Shown here in pieces: positions 56,254-56,401 of a stretch of 56,401 nt of DNA. The notes beneath the pieces are model-generated. The model did not search any database. It saw only the letters and a program-made list of their open reading frames with translations, and had not been told where the DNA came from. The stretch's first letter is position 1, and each line of letters begins with the position of its first letter. Both the position numbers and the translations under genes were made by a program. Origin of the DNA: a virus; the IMG/VR virus record IMGVR_UViG_3300005512_000043, positions 1-56,401 of that record; one strand, given 5' to 3'.

Positions 56254-56401
56254 TCTGCTTCTACCGCAAACGGGCACCGCCCTCGGTTCGCTCTATCCTC
56301 GAGCACAGCGAGTTGCTTATCGTGCGCATTCGTCTTGCGATGCGCCTCGTTGAGCGATACCTCGAGGCGCCCAACGGTTGTATTCAGGCTGGCTATCGCG
56401 C
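56229..56401 (-). CDS. 3' part of the junction-spanning membrane-protein ORF (see 1-238)
   Basis: The frame entering from the repeat (56401-56279, equal to 123-1) continues CGG TGC CCG TTT GCG GTA GAA GCA GAA TGC CAG CCA CCG GAC CAC AAG TAG, with its stop at 56231-56229. Confidence 0.5.
   Translation of the reverse strand, partial: AIASLNTTVGRLEVSLNEAHRKTNAHDKQLAVLEDRANRGRCPFAVEAECQPPDHK
56279..56401. repeat. Terminal direct repeat, right copy (identical to 1-123)
   Basis: Exact 123-bp identity with the start of the window. Confidence 0.95.

Noticed and set aside
1-56401. All plus-strand ORFs in the six-frame track (for example 541-1275, 14632-15678, 47147-48124, 54498-55493)
   Set aside because: Every one lies antisense to a longer minus-strand ORF that has recognisable motifs, an RBS or start/stop coupling. 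Their products are Arg/Ser/Pro/Ala-rich and low in complexity, as expected for antisense frames of GC-rich coding DNA. None has a Shine-Dalgarno of the GAAAGGAG type used by the minus-strand genes.

Overview
The window is one complete phage genome, probably tailed and siphovirus-like. Bases 1-123 recur exactly at 56279-56401, giving a unit length of 56278 bp. This is either a circular-assembly overlap or a short direct terminal repeat (DTR). All credible genes are on the minus strand, tightly packed and often coupled through ATGA, GTGA or TGATG start/stop overlaps. Every plus-strand ORF in the track looks like an antisense shadow.

Read on the minus strand from 56277 downward, the modules are:
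- Packaging and head: small terminase, large terminase, portal, a 1062-aa MuF-type polyvalent head protein, scaffold and a P22-type coat protein.
- Connectors and tail: major tail protein, a G/GT chaperone pair with a GGGAAAC -1 frameshift site, tape measure, and an RcGTA-like distal tail block (DUF2460, DUF2163, NlpC/P60, host-specificity protein, DUF2793). This block suggests an alphaproteobacterial host, which is inference only.
- A 650-bp non-coding gap.
- A long early/replication region: small genes separated by hammerhead-like elements, an AAA+ ATPase pair, SNF2 helicase, a primase fused to an MCM-like helicase, a radical SAM protein, MazG, a C5-methyltransferase, a ThyA-like dCMP hydroxymethylase candidate, a kinase, family A DNA polymerase, ligase, a deaminase-like protein, a UDG-like protein, glycosyltransferases, VRR-NUC and an XRE regulator.
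- A lipoprotein gene, then three unknown large proteins.

I recognised no tRNA, rRNA, CRISPR array, integrase or transposase.

Most notable observations:
1. Four copies of a type II hammerhead ribozyme architecture (31926-33219, minus strand). Three sit exactly between cistrons, and stems I and III and a loop-I pseudoknot covary between copies.
2. A T4-like hydroxymethyl-dC supply and glycosylation gene set, with several atypical family members.
3. A nested, dyad-symmetric repeat structure around an AT-rich core at 4079-4485.
4. A DnaG-type primase fused to an MCM-like AAA+ helicase.
5. A MuF / ADP-ribosyltransferase / HExxH polyvalent virion protein.

All functional calls rest on motifs read by eye. 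No database search was run.
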